DNA of 64,000 bases from Cyanophora paradoxa CCMP329. Its lineage: Eukaryota; Plantae; Glaucophyta. A program made the position numbers and the translations under genes. The notes beneath the pieces were generated by a model that made no database searches, was not told the origin of the DNA, and saw nothing but the letters and a program-made list of their open reading frames with translations. Positions 48,620 through 60,648 of this stretch are shown in pieces (within the stretch, counting starts at the first letter, position 1; each line of letters begins with the position of its first letter). Location: assembly GCA_004431415.1 (NCBI GenBank), contig QPMI01000432.1, positions 186,001-250,000 on the forward strand. Direction: 5' to 3'.

Positions 48620-51600
48620 CTACGAGGGAGATCTGTCTGTGGAGAGGCCACCGGCGGCGATCTCGGCTTGGCCGGGCGTCGGGGGAGGCCCCATGACCCC
48701 CGCGCCGCCCCCGAAGCCGAGGGGCTGCGCGCGGGGCTTGATGGTGATCGTGACGCCGCCGAGCGGGTGCGCGGCCGCGTGCTCGCCGCCGGGCCCGCCC
48801 TTGAGGAGGCCGGCCTCGCCGGACTCGCCGCCGTGGAGGGGCGCGGCGGCGCGGGCGGCGTCGCGGAGGCGGCGGCTGGCGGTGTCGAGGCAGGTCTGGA
48901 GCCGCTCGTGGAGGGCGGTCTTGCCCGCGAAGTGCCCGCGGAAGCGCGTGAGGCCCTGCTGCGCCTCCCGCCCCGCCGCCGCCGCCAGCGCCCACCGGCC
49001 CCGCTCCGCGAACATCGCGGCGAGCTGCGAGCGAGCGAGGGCGCGTCAGGAGACTGGAGTCAGGGGAGTCAAGGGAGAGGGGCGGGGCGGGGGGCGCACG
49101 TGGGAGAGGGCGAGGGCCTCGGTGGGGGTCTCCCCCAGGCGGTCGGCGGCGCGGGTGAGGAGGGCGAGCGACCAGGCGACGGTCCAGCGGGCGGCCTCGC
49201 GGACGGCCGGCTCGAAGGGGGCGTTGCGGAGGAAGAGGAGGAGCGCGCCGACGAGGTCGCTGTCCGGCTGGCCAAAGTCCCCGACGTGCGCGACGACCTC
49301 CACGGCCTGCCGCCAGCTGTCGAAGGCCGCCGCGAGGTCCCCCTGCAGGATGCACGCCAGCGTCCGCAGCGCCAGGAACCACGCCCGGTCCAGCTGCCCG
49401 CCCGCCCCGCCCCGTCGGACCGCGTCGAGCAGCAGCGGCAGCGGCAGTGGCGGCCGCGGCGCGCGAGGGGGCGGGTGCGCACGCGGCAGTAGCCGGGGAG
49501 CGTGTGGCAGGAGGCGAGGAGGGAGTCGTAGATGGAGCGGGCGCGGTCGAGGCGCTGGGAGTAGAGGGCGAGGTTGCCCCGCGTGCACAGGACGCTCGCC
49601 TCCAGCACCCGGTCCTCCTCCTTGACCGCCCGCATCTCCAGCGCCTCCAGCAGCGTCTGGTCCCACCCCTCCATCTGCCCCAGCGTCCCGTAGCACTCGG
49701 CGAGGTTCCTGCGCGCGCCCCGCCGGCCCCGGTGAGAAAGGGATGGACGAGAGAGGCGGCGCGCGGGCCGGCTCGCCTGTGGAGCTCGGTGACGAGGTGC
49801 TGGGAGGCCGAGGCGCCGTGGCCCGAGCCCGGGAGGCGGGGGGTCTGGGACCAGGCCTTGAGGTAGTGCGCGAGGGCCTCCTTGAGGCGCCCGTAGCGGG
49901 TCATCGCGTCGGCCTGCCTCGCGAGCACGAGGGTGTGCATGTAGGAGACCTCCCCGAAGGCCTTGGCGGCGATGGAGCGGGCCTTGGCGAAGAGGGGGCC
50001 GACGTCCGCCCAGGGCGCCTCGAAGAGGTCGGGGGAGGAGTGGCGCCGCTCCGAGGAGAAGACGGTGGCGTAGTTGCAGATCGCCTCGACGACGCGGAGG
50101 GCGTCCTGCCGCGAGTCGTACTCGAAGGGCGCCTGCAGAAGGGCGAGGTAGAGCCCCTTGGCGATGCCCGTCACGCCGACGCTCGCCGCTGTCAGCACCC
50201 CGGAGCCGACGGAGGAGGCGGCCGAGGCGGAGGACTTGTTGGCCGGCGAGGCGGGCGCCATCGCGTTGGGCGCGGTCGAGTGCGAGCGGACCGCGCGCAG
50301 CAGCGCCGCCAGCCGGGCGCGCCCCGAGCGCTCGCGGAAGAGCGCCGTGTGCAGGACCGTCGGCTGCGCGGCGGGGTCGGGCGCGGGCGGTCGGGGGAGC
50401 CTCGCGGGGGAGGGGGCGCACGACGGAGAGGCCGATGGCGAGGTCTTCCCAGTTGCCTTCGGCGTAGAGCCGCTCGAGGCGGGCCGCGATCTCCGCCGCC
50501 TCGCTCTCCGAGACGAGGTAGGGCGGGAGCAGCCGCGGCGAGTCGAAGACGGGGACGTAGGCGACGGGCCGCAGCGGCCGCCGCGCGTCGCCGGCGTCGA
50601 GCGGCGTGCTCGGGATCTCGTGGTGCGCGTCTTGGCCCTCGCCCTCCAGGATGCCCTCCTCGACCGAGGCCGCCCGCTTGCGGAGCTCGGCCAGGTACGC
50701 CTCGCCGCCGTCAATGCCCGGCACCTCGCCGCTCTCCGTGATCCCCTCGCTCTGCGGGGCCGGCCGGCCGCGTCAGCCGGCGCGGGGCGGGGCGGCCGGG
50801 GCTTCTAGGATCGCACCAGGGAGGCGACGTCGCGGAGCTCGGCGCAGGTGGGCACGACGTGGACTGCCGGCGCCTGCGAGCCGCCCATGGAGGCGCGGCT
50901 CGGCTGCGGCGGCGTGCTGCCAGAGTGCCCGCCGCCCGAGTGGGGCCCCGCCATGGAGGAGAGGGAGAACTGGAGGCCCGGGGAGACGGCGCCGCCGGGG
51001 GAGATGCGGGGCGCGGCGGTGGCGGCGGCGGCGGCCTTGGCGGCGAAGCTCGGCTGCGACGCCTCGGCGTTCTCCTGGAAGTCGAGCAGCTGGGCCACGG
51101 CGTCCGGCCCTGCGCGAGACCGAGCGAGCGGGCGAGCGGGCGAGCGCGCCGCGTCAGGCCGCGACGCGGGGCGGGGCGGGGCGGGGCCGGGCCGGGCGCA
51201 CGGCGGGAGCCGTGGTGCGTGGGGCTGTTGGCGGAGGAGCGCGGCGCGGCGTCGTGGACGGGAACGTCCGGGCCGGCGAGGCCGGGGCTCTGGGGGTAGC
51301 TCCCGCCGAAGAGCGGCGCCGGCGACACGGCGTTGGAGCGCGCGTTGGGGTGGAGCGGGACGTGCGTCGTCGGGCTGCGCCCGCCGGCCATGCCGCTCCC
51401 CGACGCCAGGCCCATCATGCCCGTCACGGCCGCCGAGTGCGCCGACGCCGCGTGCCCCATCATGTGGCCGTGCCCGGGCGCGCCCTGGCCAGGCGAGGCC
51501 GGGTTGTACGCCTGCATGTAGCCCTGGGGCGGCACGGGCGCGAAGTACTGCGGCGCGTACTGCCCGTAGCCCATCATGGGCATGTGCCCCGCCTGCATGA

Positions 51601-52857
51601 ACCTGCGCGCCACGCCTCGGCGGGGGCCCCGGGGGAGGGCGGCCGCGGCGCGCACGGCTGCCCGAAGGGCGGGCCCGGTCCCGGCCGCCATGCCGCGTTG
51701 CCTTCGGAGAGCAGGTCCTCGGCGCGGGGCCGCTTCGGCGGCCGCGGCAGCCCCATGGGCGCCGCGCTGCGGGGCGGGTCAGTGACGGCCGCGCGACCAG
51801 GGCGAGGAGCGCGGGCACCTGCCCCCCTGATAGTAACCGGAGCTACCGTCGGGAGCACCGCCCGGCATCATTCTGGGGCCCATGCCCATCATAGCCGCGT
51901 GGGACATGTCGACGCCATGCTGGGTCATTCCCTGCCCTCCGTGCCCGTCGCCGCCGTCGCCGCCCCCGTAATCGGGAGACATGAGCTTGGCCAGCTCGCG
52001 CTTGACGCCCCTCCCGCGAGGCGCCGAGGACGGCTCTGCGACAGGGGTCAGAGGTGGTTCACCCGGCGGGCCGAGGAACGGCGCGCCTCCTGCGTCGTCG
52101 CCTTCTTCTACCATCTGGTCCGGAATCCCTCGGTTGGGAGCGTGCAGATCCAGGAGCCGGGCGTGCGTGACCTGCAGGGCTCTGAGCGCTCACGGAGGAC
52201 CGCACATGCAGGCTGATGCGCACCACGTATATGTGGATTCCTTCTTTTGGTTGCAGATTGTCATCGCCGAACTCCACCTTTAGCTTGAACCATCTGCGGC
52301 GCGTCAGCGTGAACAGCCGAATGGGCGACAACCTAGGTGCCAGCACCTCCTGCTCCAGAAGTATGACAGAGACGCGACGCCGAAGGTGAAATCTGTTTCT
52401 CCAGACTTGTCCTTGACTGTTCCTACTATCTCTGTGCATGCTTTCATGCTCTGGGAGCCGCGGCCGAAGTTGATGAGGGGACCCTCATTCGCATTCGAGC
52501 CAGCCGAAGGAACCGGTTGAAGATCGTCTTGCAAACGAACAAGCGCACCAGTAAGACACATTGCAGCAATAGAGGGAAAGGAATGCGCATACCGGCAAAG
52601 AGGAGGGAGATCCGCACAGGGATTTCCTGCGCTTCCTCCTCCGGCGTGCGCTCTAGGAACTTCAACTTGTGTCGGCGCCCCTGAAGTATGTAATAGCGCG
52701 CGGCACTCCCCTCTGACGCAGGTGTCAGACTCCAAGCACCCAACGCTGGCGGCGCGATCAACCAACCTGGATCTGAGCCCCGAGAATGCGTATCAATGAT
52801 GTTGAAGTGCGAGCCATTGACGTTCGTCGGCCCGCGCTTGCAGATCTTCACCAGCAT
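48620..52857 (-). CDS. Large protein: N-terminal beta-rich domain, NLS-like PPKRPR, Gly/Pro/Met/Gln low-complexity region, C-terminal TPR-like repeats
   Basis: Spliced exons MLVKICKRG...; TDFTFGVASLSYFWSRR|WFKLKVEF...IHIY|VTHARL; MPMMGYGQYAPQY...; TPR-like LARQADAMTRYGRLKEALAHYLKAW, NLAECYGTLGQ, GNLALYSQRLDRARSIY. Confidence 0.7.
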
Positions 52858-53411
52858 GGCGGCGACCGGCTTCTACACGGTCCTGTCAAGCCCGCCAGCC
52901 GATGCGCATACTGGATCGCCGCGTATGTGCTGCTGATATTGGGGTCGCTAAGCTAGCATGCAATCCCCACGACCGCTGATGACCTGCACGACAGAGGCTC
53001 CTTGGCGTTCTGGGGTCGAAGTCCTATCCGACCGACGATGAACGCGCTGGACGCTGCCCTGCTACGTGATGATGCGCGGATTGTGCCACGCTCGGCACAA
53101 GGTCGCCGGGTCGCCCGTGTCGGCTGAGGGATGGTGCGAAGGCCTGGCCTACGACCCCGCGCCTCCTTCTACAGCTTCAAGCGGGGGGGGAAGCCGCACT
53201 TACTCCCCCCTCTTTTTTACTAGAGGGGTACAGTGAGTATCCAAGTTGACTCAATCGGATGGTGCAAAGTTTTTTCCAAGGGTTGTCATCAATTGCGATG
53301 CGGATCCCGGATGATGGGCCGGATCATCGCGATCGGGTAAGTGTAAACAAAGTTCCGGGATCCGGACGTCGACCGTCGTGCACCGTGCGCAATGCGCACG
53401 CATGGCCGGTG

Positions 53412-53651
53412 CAATATTAATAATGTCAAATTTATGTCGTTATAAAACCGGACCCTTCTCGATCTTTGCGAAATATGACATCCCCAAATTATGTCGTCAC
53501 GAAATTCTCAGGCTTGTATGGGGCGGTAATTTAAGGGGGGTACCACTAAACACGCCCTTAATGTCGTCATGTCAAATTATGTCGTCATGTCAAATTTTCC
53601 GCGACATAATTTGGGGACGACATAATAAATTAAGTGCAGACCTTAATATTG
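53412..53651. mobile_element. Partial MITE-like element with ATTATGTCG subterminal repeats
   Basis: Several direct AAATTATGTCG copies; inverted pair TCCCCAAATTATGTCG (53481) / CGACATAATTTGGGGA (53602); no TSD found. Confidence 0.5.
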
Positions 53652-54149
53652 TGTTTTACGGTGCCACTAGCTGGGGCCAGTCCGTCGGACATCGGACCGA
53701 CGGACGTATATATACGGAAGTTACTGGAGAACTAGTTAATTTAGTACAGGAAAATAATAAGTACTTCGCCAAAACTGCCATTTTAGCAGCTGGTACCGGT
53801 AAATCTTTAGTAGGTCAGGACGTCTTTACAGGTCTTTTGTTTGGCGGAGATGGGACTACCCCTAAAACTTCTCGACTTTAGCAGGCGGGAAACATATTAA
53901 GTAGATCGCTCAAAAGTTTTTAACCTTTCAGAACTATAAATATGCATGCGCATGCAGGATTCGCAGCTCGACCTCGATCGCGACAAGCTGAAGCTCATGA
54001 TCATGATCAGCAAGTGACAGCAACTTTGCAACTTGGCAAGGAGGCTTGCAATTGGGTGCGACGTCAAAAAACGTACCTGGTACCTGATTATGAAGTTGAA
54101 GGTCCTACGAGGCGACGCTCTCAGAGAGTCTCGACTCTCGAGCTCACGC

Positions 54150-54900
54150 ATGTATGATTATTAATTGCGGCAAATAGGCGCCGGCCCTGACGGCCTGAGG
54201 CATGATTCATACTGATACTGATTCATACAATAGGCCCTTGCCCCTGAGGGCCTGAGGCATGCATATGCGTGATGCCGCGGCATATGCATATGACATCGGC
54301 AGTTGCCGGCGGGAATTCGAATTCGAATTCGAACGTTAACGTTAACTTGCCGGCGGATCGAAGTTGCCGCAATCTAGATCTTGAATTAATATTGCAACCG
54401 GTACCGCTGCGGCGCATCGCGATCGGAATCGTACGTATACGCGCGTGATGATCCGCTGAGCATGTACATGTATACTATATTATATCCGATACGTACGCGT
54501 AATTATATCATAGTATGCTCGAGCTCACAACTTGCAATAGGCCGCTCCGCGGCCGGGCCCTGAGGTTTATAAAAATTAGATTCATGTGCCCGAATTATAA
54601 TTAACGTTAACATCTAGATCTAGAGCGACGACGCTGCGACGTCGACGTCGACGCGTACGTCGACTCGAGCTCTCAGTCGACGCACTGCAGCTGCAGGCGC
54701 ATGAGAATATATTGGGAATCCTTGCAATTATATTAATGAAGCTTGAGACGATAAAGTTTGAAGAAATTAAATGATCATCGGATCATCATGAGGGTCACCG
54801 GTTCCGGAGATCTAGATCTAGATCGTAGATGATCCGGGCAAGCCTCGGAATCTCAGAGTCTCGCGATCGACGCGCGTCTGACACTGTGACTCAGTGACAT
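54150..54900. repeat. Palindrome-saturated low-complexity tract
   Basis: GAATTCGAATTCGAATTCGAACGTTAACGTTAAC, GACGTCGACGTCGACG, TCTAGATCTAGA etc. Confidence 0.7.
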
Positions 54901-55906
54901 GAAGCACTACTGTAGTAAATGCAACATAGACATCGCTGATCAGGATCGTGAACAGTGAAAGTTGCCATACCAATACAGAAGAAATTCTAGCGGCACAGTG
55001 AGCGATTGGCGCAGAATTGTCGAAGCGAGCACGTCTGAAGTGCATTCTACTAGGCTAGATCAGGCGAGATCGAGGATAATTTAACTTCCCCGGCCCGCGA
55101 AAGCCGCTCTATGCAAAAGTCGGCGCTCTCCGGGGCCGCGCGCGCCCCGGCCCCCTCTTCAGCCCTCGACAGCGCCCAGGCCCCCCCGCTCCCCCCAACT
55201 GCCCTTCCCGGGACTCGAACGCTGGGGCAATAAGCACTACTGGTTCCACCCCCATTCCCGAACGCTTAGAACTCCAATACTTGCTGGCAAAAATTGTAAC
55301 CATCATCGATGAGAACACCAAAGTTCCCACTTCGTTCGCAATTTCCTGATGTTTTGACAACTTTTGTGTCCCGATAGAGGCGATTGTTCAGAGAGCGAGC
55401 ACGAAAGCTGCCCCGATCGACCGCAGCTGTCCACAGAGAACGTGCTGCTGCTGGCGCGGGGCGCGGGGCGCCCGGAGAGCACGCGGGGCGCCCGGGGCGT
55501 GCGCTAGCGCAGATCCTTAAGGGTCATAGCTACGTTTAGCAGCGCAGGCGCAGCCCCGGAGCTCGGATGCAGCCGACGAGTCGACCATGGGAGTCGAGCC
55601 GACGGATGCAGCCCGATTGCTCCCGAACGCTAGCTATGGGTGTTCTATCGTCCTTGCTGCGAGCGCAGGGCGCGACAGGCTTCCCGATAGGGGTGCCGAC
55701 CGCGCGCCTCACAGGCACCGTCCCGGCGGGCCGCGCCAGCGCCTCTACACAGCGAGAGCGTCAGGCATCCTGTATAGATCGCGTTAGCGCCGCTAGAGCC
55801 CGCGGTTTCTGCACTCCTGCGGACCGCTGGGGTACACTAGTAATGTCGTCCGCTTCCGCTGGTGTACTGAAGCGCCGGCTGAAGAAGTGAAAGTGAGCTC
55901 CCTCGT

Positions 55907-55988
55907 ACCGCACTGTCTAGTGCGGAAGCAACGTTGCTGGACTATGGCTCCAGTGCAGCAACGTTGCTTCCGCACTAGACAGTGCGGT
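55907..55988. repeat. Perfect 33-bp inverted repeat with 16-nt loop; each arm is itself self-complementary
   Basis: ACCGCACTGTCTAGTGCGGAAGCAACGTTGCTG (55907-55939) and its exact reverse complement (55956-55988). Confidence 0.92.
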
Positions 55989-56169
55989 TGTGCCTATCCA
56001 GGCTATCCGGCCACGACTGGCTACGATTCTGCAATCGATGCGGTGGGCGACTAGCACTTGGCAACTACGAAGTGCGTTCGCCTGGTTCTTCACCAATGCA
56101 CTCGCCTTATGCTGCTCGCCCTGGTTTACCGGCTGCTCACTCACTTGGTAGGGATCGCCAGGGGCGGGC

Positions 56170-56700
56170 GGGCGGGCGCCCGCGCTCTGCGCCCGCCCCC
56201 CGCGCGCCCCGCCGCAGGAGTCCGCGCGGGGAAGTCCCGAGGGCCTCAGGCGCGAAGGGACGACGTCGCGACGCCGCCCGCTCACACCAAGCCCGCCCGT
56301 GCAGCCCCGCCCGCGCTCCGCGCCCGCCCGCCGCGCGCCCCGCCGCAGGAGCCCGCGCCGGGCCGCCCCCGAGGGCCTCAGGCGCGAGGGGACGACGCCG
56401 CGACGCCGCCGACGCCGCCAGCTCACGCCAAGCCCGCCCGTGCAGCCCCGCACGCGCTCCGCGCCCGCCCGCCGCGCGCCCCGCCGCAGGAGCCCGCGCC
56501 GGGCCGCCCCGAGGGCCTCAGGCGCGAGGGGACGACGCCGCGACGCCGCCGACGCCGCCAGCTCACGCCAAGCCCGCCCGTGCAGCCCCGCCCGCGGTCC
56601 GCGCCAGGGCGGCGGCGCGCCCCGCCGCAGGAGTCCGCGCCGGGAAGCCCGAGGGCCTCGGGCGCGAAGGGACGACGTCGCGACGCCGCCGACGCGGAGG
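56170..56700. repeat. GC-rich tandem repeat, ~140-bp unit, ~4 copies, inside the CACTA element
   Basis: CTCAC(A/G)CCAAGCCCGCCCGTGCAGCCCCGC recurs at about 56281, 56422 and 56562. Confidence 0.85.
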
Positions 56701-57540
56701 CGCGGTGGGCGGCGGCGCGCCTCACCGGGCGGGGCGCAGACGCGGCGGGCGGCGGGGCTCTCCGCACGGGTGGAGGCGCGGCGGGCGGCGGCGCGGCTCG
56801 CCGCACGGGGCAGGGGCTCGGCGGGCGGCGGCGTGGCTCGCTGAGCGGGGCGGAGGCGCGGCGGGTGGCGGCGCGGCTCGCCGCACGGGGCGAAGCGGGC
56901 CGCGGCGTGGCTCGCTGCACGGGGCGGAGGCTCGCCGGGTGGCGGCGGGGCTCCCCGCACGGGGCGGGGGCGCGGCGGGCGGCGGCGGAGCTCGCCGCAC
57001 GGGGCGGAGGCTCGGCGGGCGGCGGCGCGGCTCGCCGCACGGGGCGGGGGCTCGGCGGGCGGCGGCGCGGCTCGCCGAGCGGGGCGGAGGCGCGGCGGGC
57101 GGCGGCGCGCCTCGCCGCACGGTGCGGAGGCTCAGCGGGCAGCGGCGGGACTCGCCGCAGCCGCCCGCACGGGGCGGGGCGCGGCGGGCAGCGGCGGGGC
57201 TCGCCGCACGGGGCGGGGCGCGGCGGGCGGCGGCGGAGCTCGCCGCACGGGGCGGGGGCTCGGCGGGCGGCGGCGCGGCTCGCCGCACGGGGCGGGGGCT
57301 CGGCGGGCGGCGGCGCGGCTCGCCGAGCGGGGCGGAGGCGCGGCGGGCGGCGGCGCGCCTCGCCGCACGGTGCGGAGGCTCGGCGGGCAGCGGCGGGGCT
57401 CGCCGCAGCCGCCCGCACGGGGCGGGGGCGCGGCGGGCAGCGGCGGGCTCGCCGCACGGGGCGGGGCGCGGCGGGCGGCGGCGGAGCTCGCCGCACGGGG
57501 CGGGGGCGCGGCGGGCGGGGGCGGGGCTAGCGGCACGGAG
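56700..57540. repeat. GC-rich minisatellite, ~40-bp unit, ~20 copies, inside the CACTA element
   Basis: CTCGCCG core at 56991, 57031, 57071, 57111 and 57151 (period 40); this explains the long R/A/G/P ORFs. Confidence 0.88.
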
Positions 57541-58940
57541 CGGGGGCTCTGCGGCTTCAAGGCTTGTTAGCGCGTCAGCATGTGTTACTTTGATGTACTT
57601 CTTCATGGCTGCGCGACAGTGCGCACTGTGGCTCTGCAGAACAGAATCAGATGCACTCTTTCCCCGTTCGTGTCCGGATCCTCGAGCCTCGGAGCAAGCC
57701 ACCAGAGGAGATTCACGCTTTTATAACTACGTTAATTGACTAATATCTTATAATTATATGAGATGTGCTGGCCCACGGTGGGCGACATAGTGCCGCACTA
57801 TCATGTTTCAGTCGGCAAGCCGAAAGTACAACTAGCACTCATGATGTCGTGACTCATGATCACTGAGTCAGTGATCATGATCGAGATTGAACGTGCCGCA
57901 CGTTCGCACAGGATGAAAATCGAACAGCATGATGTACATCCATTATCCTTTCATTTAACTCAGTGATTTCAGTGAGAATGCGGCCAGGCAGCTTGCTCTA
58001 ACATCGATCCCGTGAAGAGCCCGTGCTGTGGCGCATGCGCAGGACCTGGGCTCGATCCTAGACAGCGAAACAATCAATTCACAAACGGTCTACAAGATTC
58101 TGCCACTAGGCAGAGCGGCGCGCGCCCTGTGCAGTCCTCTAGCATGAGTTTCTCCCGGTGGGGTCCGCGACAGACTCGGATCAAATCGAGCGTCCGGAGT
58201 CCAGGACGAGGCAGGCGTATGTCTGTGCACCGCACCAGCACTTCCATGCAGAAGAGAGCGAGATCCTGCGATACGGGCGCAAGCGCACCGGCACGCACGG
58301 CAGCGCGTCGTGGAATCTGTGTGGTGGGGTCGGTTCGAAGGCGCGTGGCCGAGCGAGCGACGCGCGACAGTAGCGCAAAGCGGTGTGTGCAATCTGCGTA
58401 TGTGGTCAGTGCAGTCTCGCACGCCCGGCCCGGCGGACCGTACGCGTGGGCTCTCAATGCGAACGTTGCGACTAGTACTCCGCATCACTTGCCGGTGCGC
58501 TTCCACCAAAAGCGGCGGCTCACGAACAGCGACCGTCGGACTATCTCAGCGTGCACCTGCAGCTGCAGGGCGACCGCCACGCGCCGCGTGCGTCCGATTG
58601 ACTGCTGGACGCAAGCGCTGTTGCCCAGCTGCTACATTCGGTCGTCGGCTAGCTGTACGGCAAAGGCTAACGGCACGTTAAGCTCGGCTCGCAGCCGGGC
58701 GGCAGCCCCGGGCCCAGGGTAGACTCAGCTGGTCGGGGGTATACGAAGACCCTCGCCAACGGCCAGTAGCCTCAAACAGCGGCCCAACTGCACCGAACCC
58801 GCGCTTGAGCAGCTTCTAGGGGCCTCTAGCTTGCTGTTGTGCCTTGTTCTCGCGCAGGGAGGCCGCGGAAGCCGTGAATTACAGCTGGAGTTGGACAGAC
58901 CAGGTCTGATGGCCTGTCTCCGGCGAGCTGCTGGGCGCTC

Positions 58941-60481
58941 ATGCGCTTTTTGCTTCTCAGAGAGTTCCTAGACGTGGAAGGCATCCCCGTTGAGCGCCGG
59001 GCGGCTTTTTCCGCGGTCTCGCAAGGTTCGATCGGCCAGCCGCCGTGTAATTCTTGCCGCCGGAGTGCTGCGGTCTTCACAAGTGCTCTCTGTGCTGAAC
59101 ATGTTGCGCAGGAGCGGTCGGTGGAAGTACGCTCGTCCGTTCCGTGGAGTTCGTCCGCCGACAGACGTCGACGCTCCAGCTTGAGTGAGCGCTCCAGCCC
59201 TGCGGTCGCGCATCGTCGCCGCGTCGTGGTCTTTGCGCTCGAAGCGTGATCTTCGTCACGCAGGACGAGGTCATGGTCAACATGCACGAGCTCGAGGCGA
59301 CGGCCGACAAGCATGAGGCCACAGCCGCGGTTGATGAGGTGAGTGCTTTCGCTTAGATCTCAACGGTTGAACGCGCCTGACATGCAGTTGAAGCCCGTGC
59401 CGAGGCGCCGCAGGAGGTGGCGAAGCACAGGCTGGGGGGTGAAGGCCCAGATTGCGGCCCCTGCTGCAGCCGACGAATCCCTCTATAGCAACACGGTGCG
59501 ATGCTGCCCCGAAGCCTCTAGAAGCGCGCCTTCTCTGATTTTGTTGCTTGACGCACCTCGCTTTGCCTCGATTTGATCTGACTTCTGTGCAGGAACCAGT
59601 GGGCTTCGCGAAAGTCGCTTGCATGCTGGCCTTCCTTAGAATCGGGCTGAAGGTCCGGTTCTTCGTCCCCAAGGTCGTCCTCGGCGTCTTCGAGGAGGGG
59701 TACTTCTTCGTCGGCATCGGCATCGTAGTGCCTAAGGTACGAGAGAACACGTACCCCCCCTCTAGATCGCCGCATCCCACCTATGGGCCCCATAAGGGCA
59801 TACACCCCTCGCGCGGGCCGGGTTGGGGCGCTAGCTCTAGATCCTCGTACCCCACCCGCCTCCACCTCGCCCCCTCCGGGCCCCCGGTGGGGGTACGCCT
59901 TTGCCGGAGCCTTCGGGCAAGGGACCCCCGGTAGCTGGGGTCCCTTGGTCCGAAGGCGCTGGTGAGGGCGTACCCCCCTCGCGGGCCGGGTTGGGGCGCT
60001 AGCTCTAGATCCTCGTACCCCACTCGCCCCCTCCGGGCCCCCGGTGGGGGTACGCCTTCGCCGGCGCCTTCGAGCAAGGGACCCCCGGTAGCTGGGGTCC
60101 CTTGGTCCGAAGGCGCTGGTGAGGGCGTACCCCCCTCGCGCGGGTCGCGTTGGGGCGCTTTAGATGCCCGAAACCCCGCTTCTACCTATGCTTACTTCGT
60201 ATTGCAGCTGGGCGATGGCGAGAAGTTCTCGTCCGTGCTGGGTTGTGACTGGGTCAAGTTGGTTGTGCTGGCCGAAGGCAAACCAGAAGAGGACGTGCTG
60301 GGCAAAGAGGTAGCTCTCTCGCCCCCTTCCGGTTTCTTCTAGATCTCTCATGTCTAGCGTGCAGATCCCCGAGATCATCGCCCACGGCAACACAGAGCTC
60401 ACCACGTTCGAGGGGCTGGAAGGCAGAGTGCTCTTCTGGCCCGAGGCCTACCTCTCCCTTCTGACAAGGCCCCTTCTCTAG
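58941..60481 (+). pseudogene. Decayed spliced CACTA accessory gene with TNP1/En-Spm-like C-terminal domain
   Basis: Exons 59593-59736, 60208-60309, 60365-60481 give FFVGIGIVVPK|LGDGEKFSSVLGCDWVKLVV...|IPEII...GLEGRVLFWPEAYLSL. Frameshift near 59230 relative to the second copy; 5' end unclear. Confidence 0.6.
59745..60170. repeat. Intronic tandem repeat, ~160-bp unit, ~2.3 copies
   Basis: Unit recurs at about 59812, 59980 and 60139; homologous (reverse complement) to the array at 62181-62670. Confidence 0.85.
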
Positions 60482-60648
60482 CGATAGCGCTAGCTAGAGT
60501 GCGACCGCTGGCGCGGCCCGCGGCGGCGCAGTGTTTCAAGTGACGCAGGAGTGCAGTATTCATGCGCGCTAGCCGCCCAGGCTGCTGGGCAGGGTGCACG
60601 GGCCGGTGCGGGCGCCCAGCGGATCGGGGCTGCTATACATAGAACAAC

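Noticed and set aside
53378-53881. AAGTGKS in ORF 53378..53881 as a Walker A of a PIF1/Helitron helicase
   Set aside because: It lacks the first Gly and any Walker B, and the ORF runs through a MITE-like repeat.
55514-55536. CCTTAAGGGTCATAGCTAC resembling LSU rRNA helix 69 or a homing-endonuclease site
   Set aside because: Short gapped match with no flanking rRNA similarity.
56700-57540. Regular 40-bp array (and the 159-bp arrays) as CRISPR
   Set aside because: No unique spacers, eukaryotic context and no cas genes; these are ordinary tandem repeats.
55982-57739. 585-aa and 490-aa ORFs as a CACTA transposase
   Set aside because: They are translations of the minisatellites with no DDE/TnpD motifs.
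57770-57787. GGCCCACGGTGGGCGACA resembling a tRNA-Lys 3' end or LTR primer-binding site
   Set aside because: No cloverleaf, no adjacent LTR or gag/pol; the 10-bp overlap with the insert at 47391 is within chance for GC-rich DNA.
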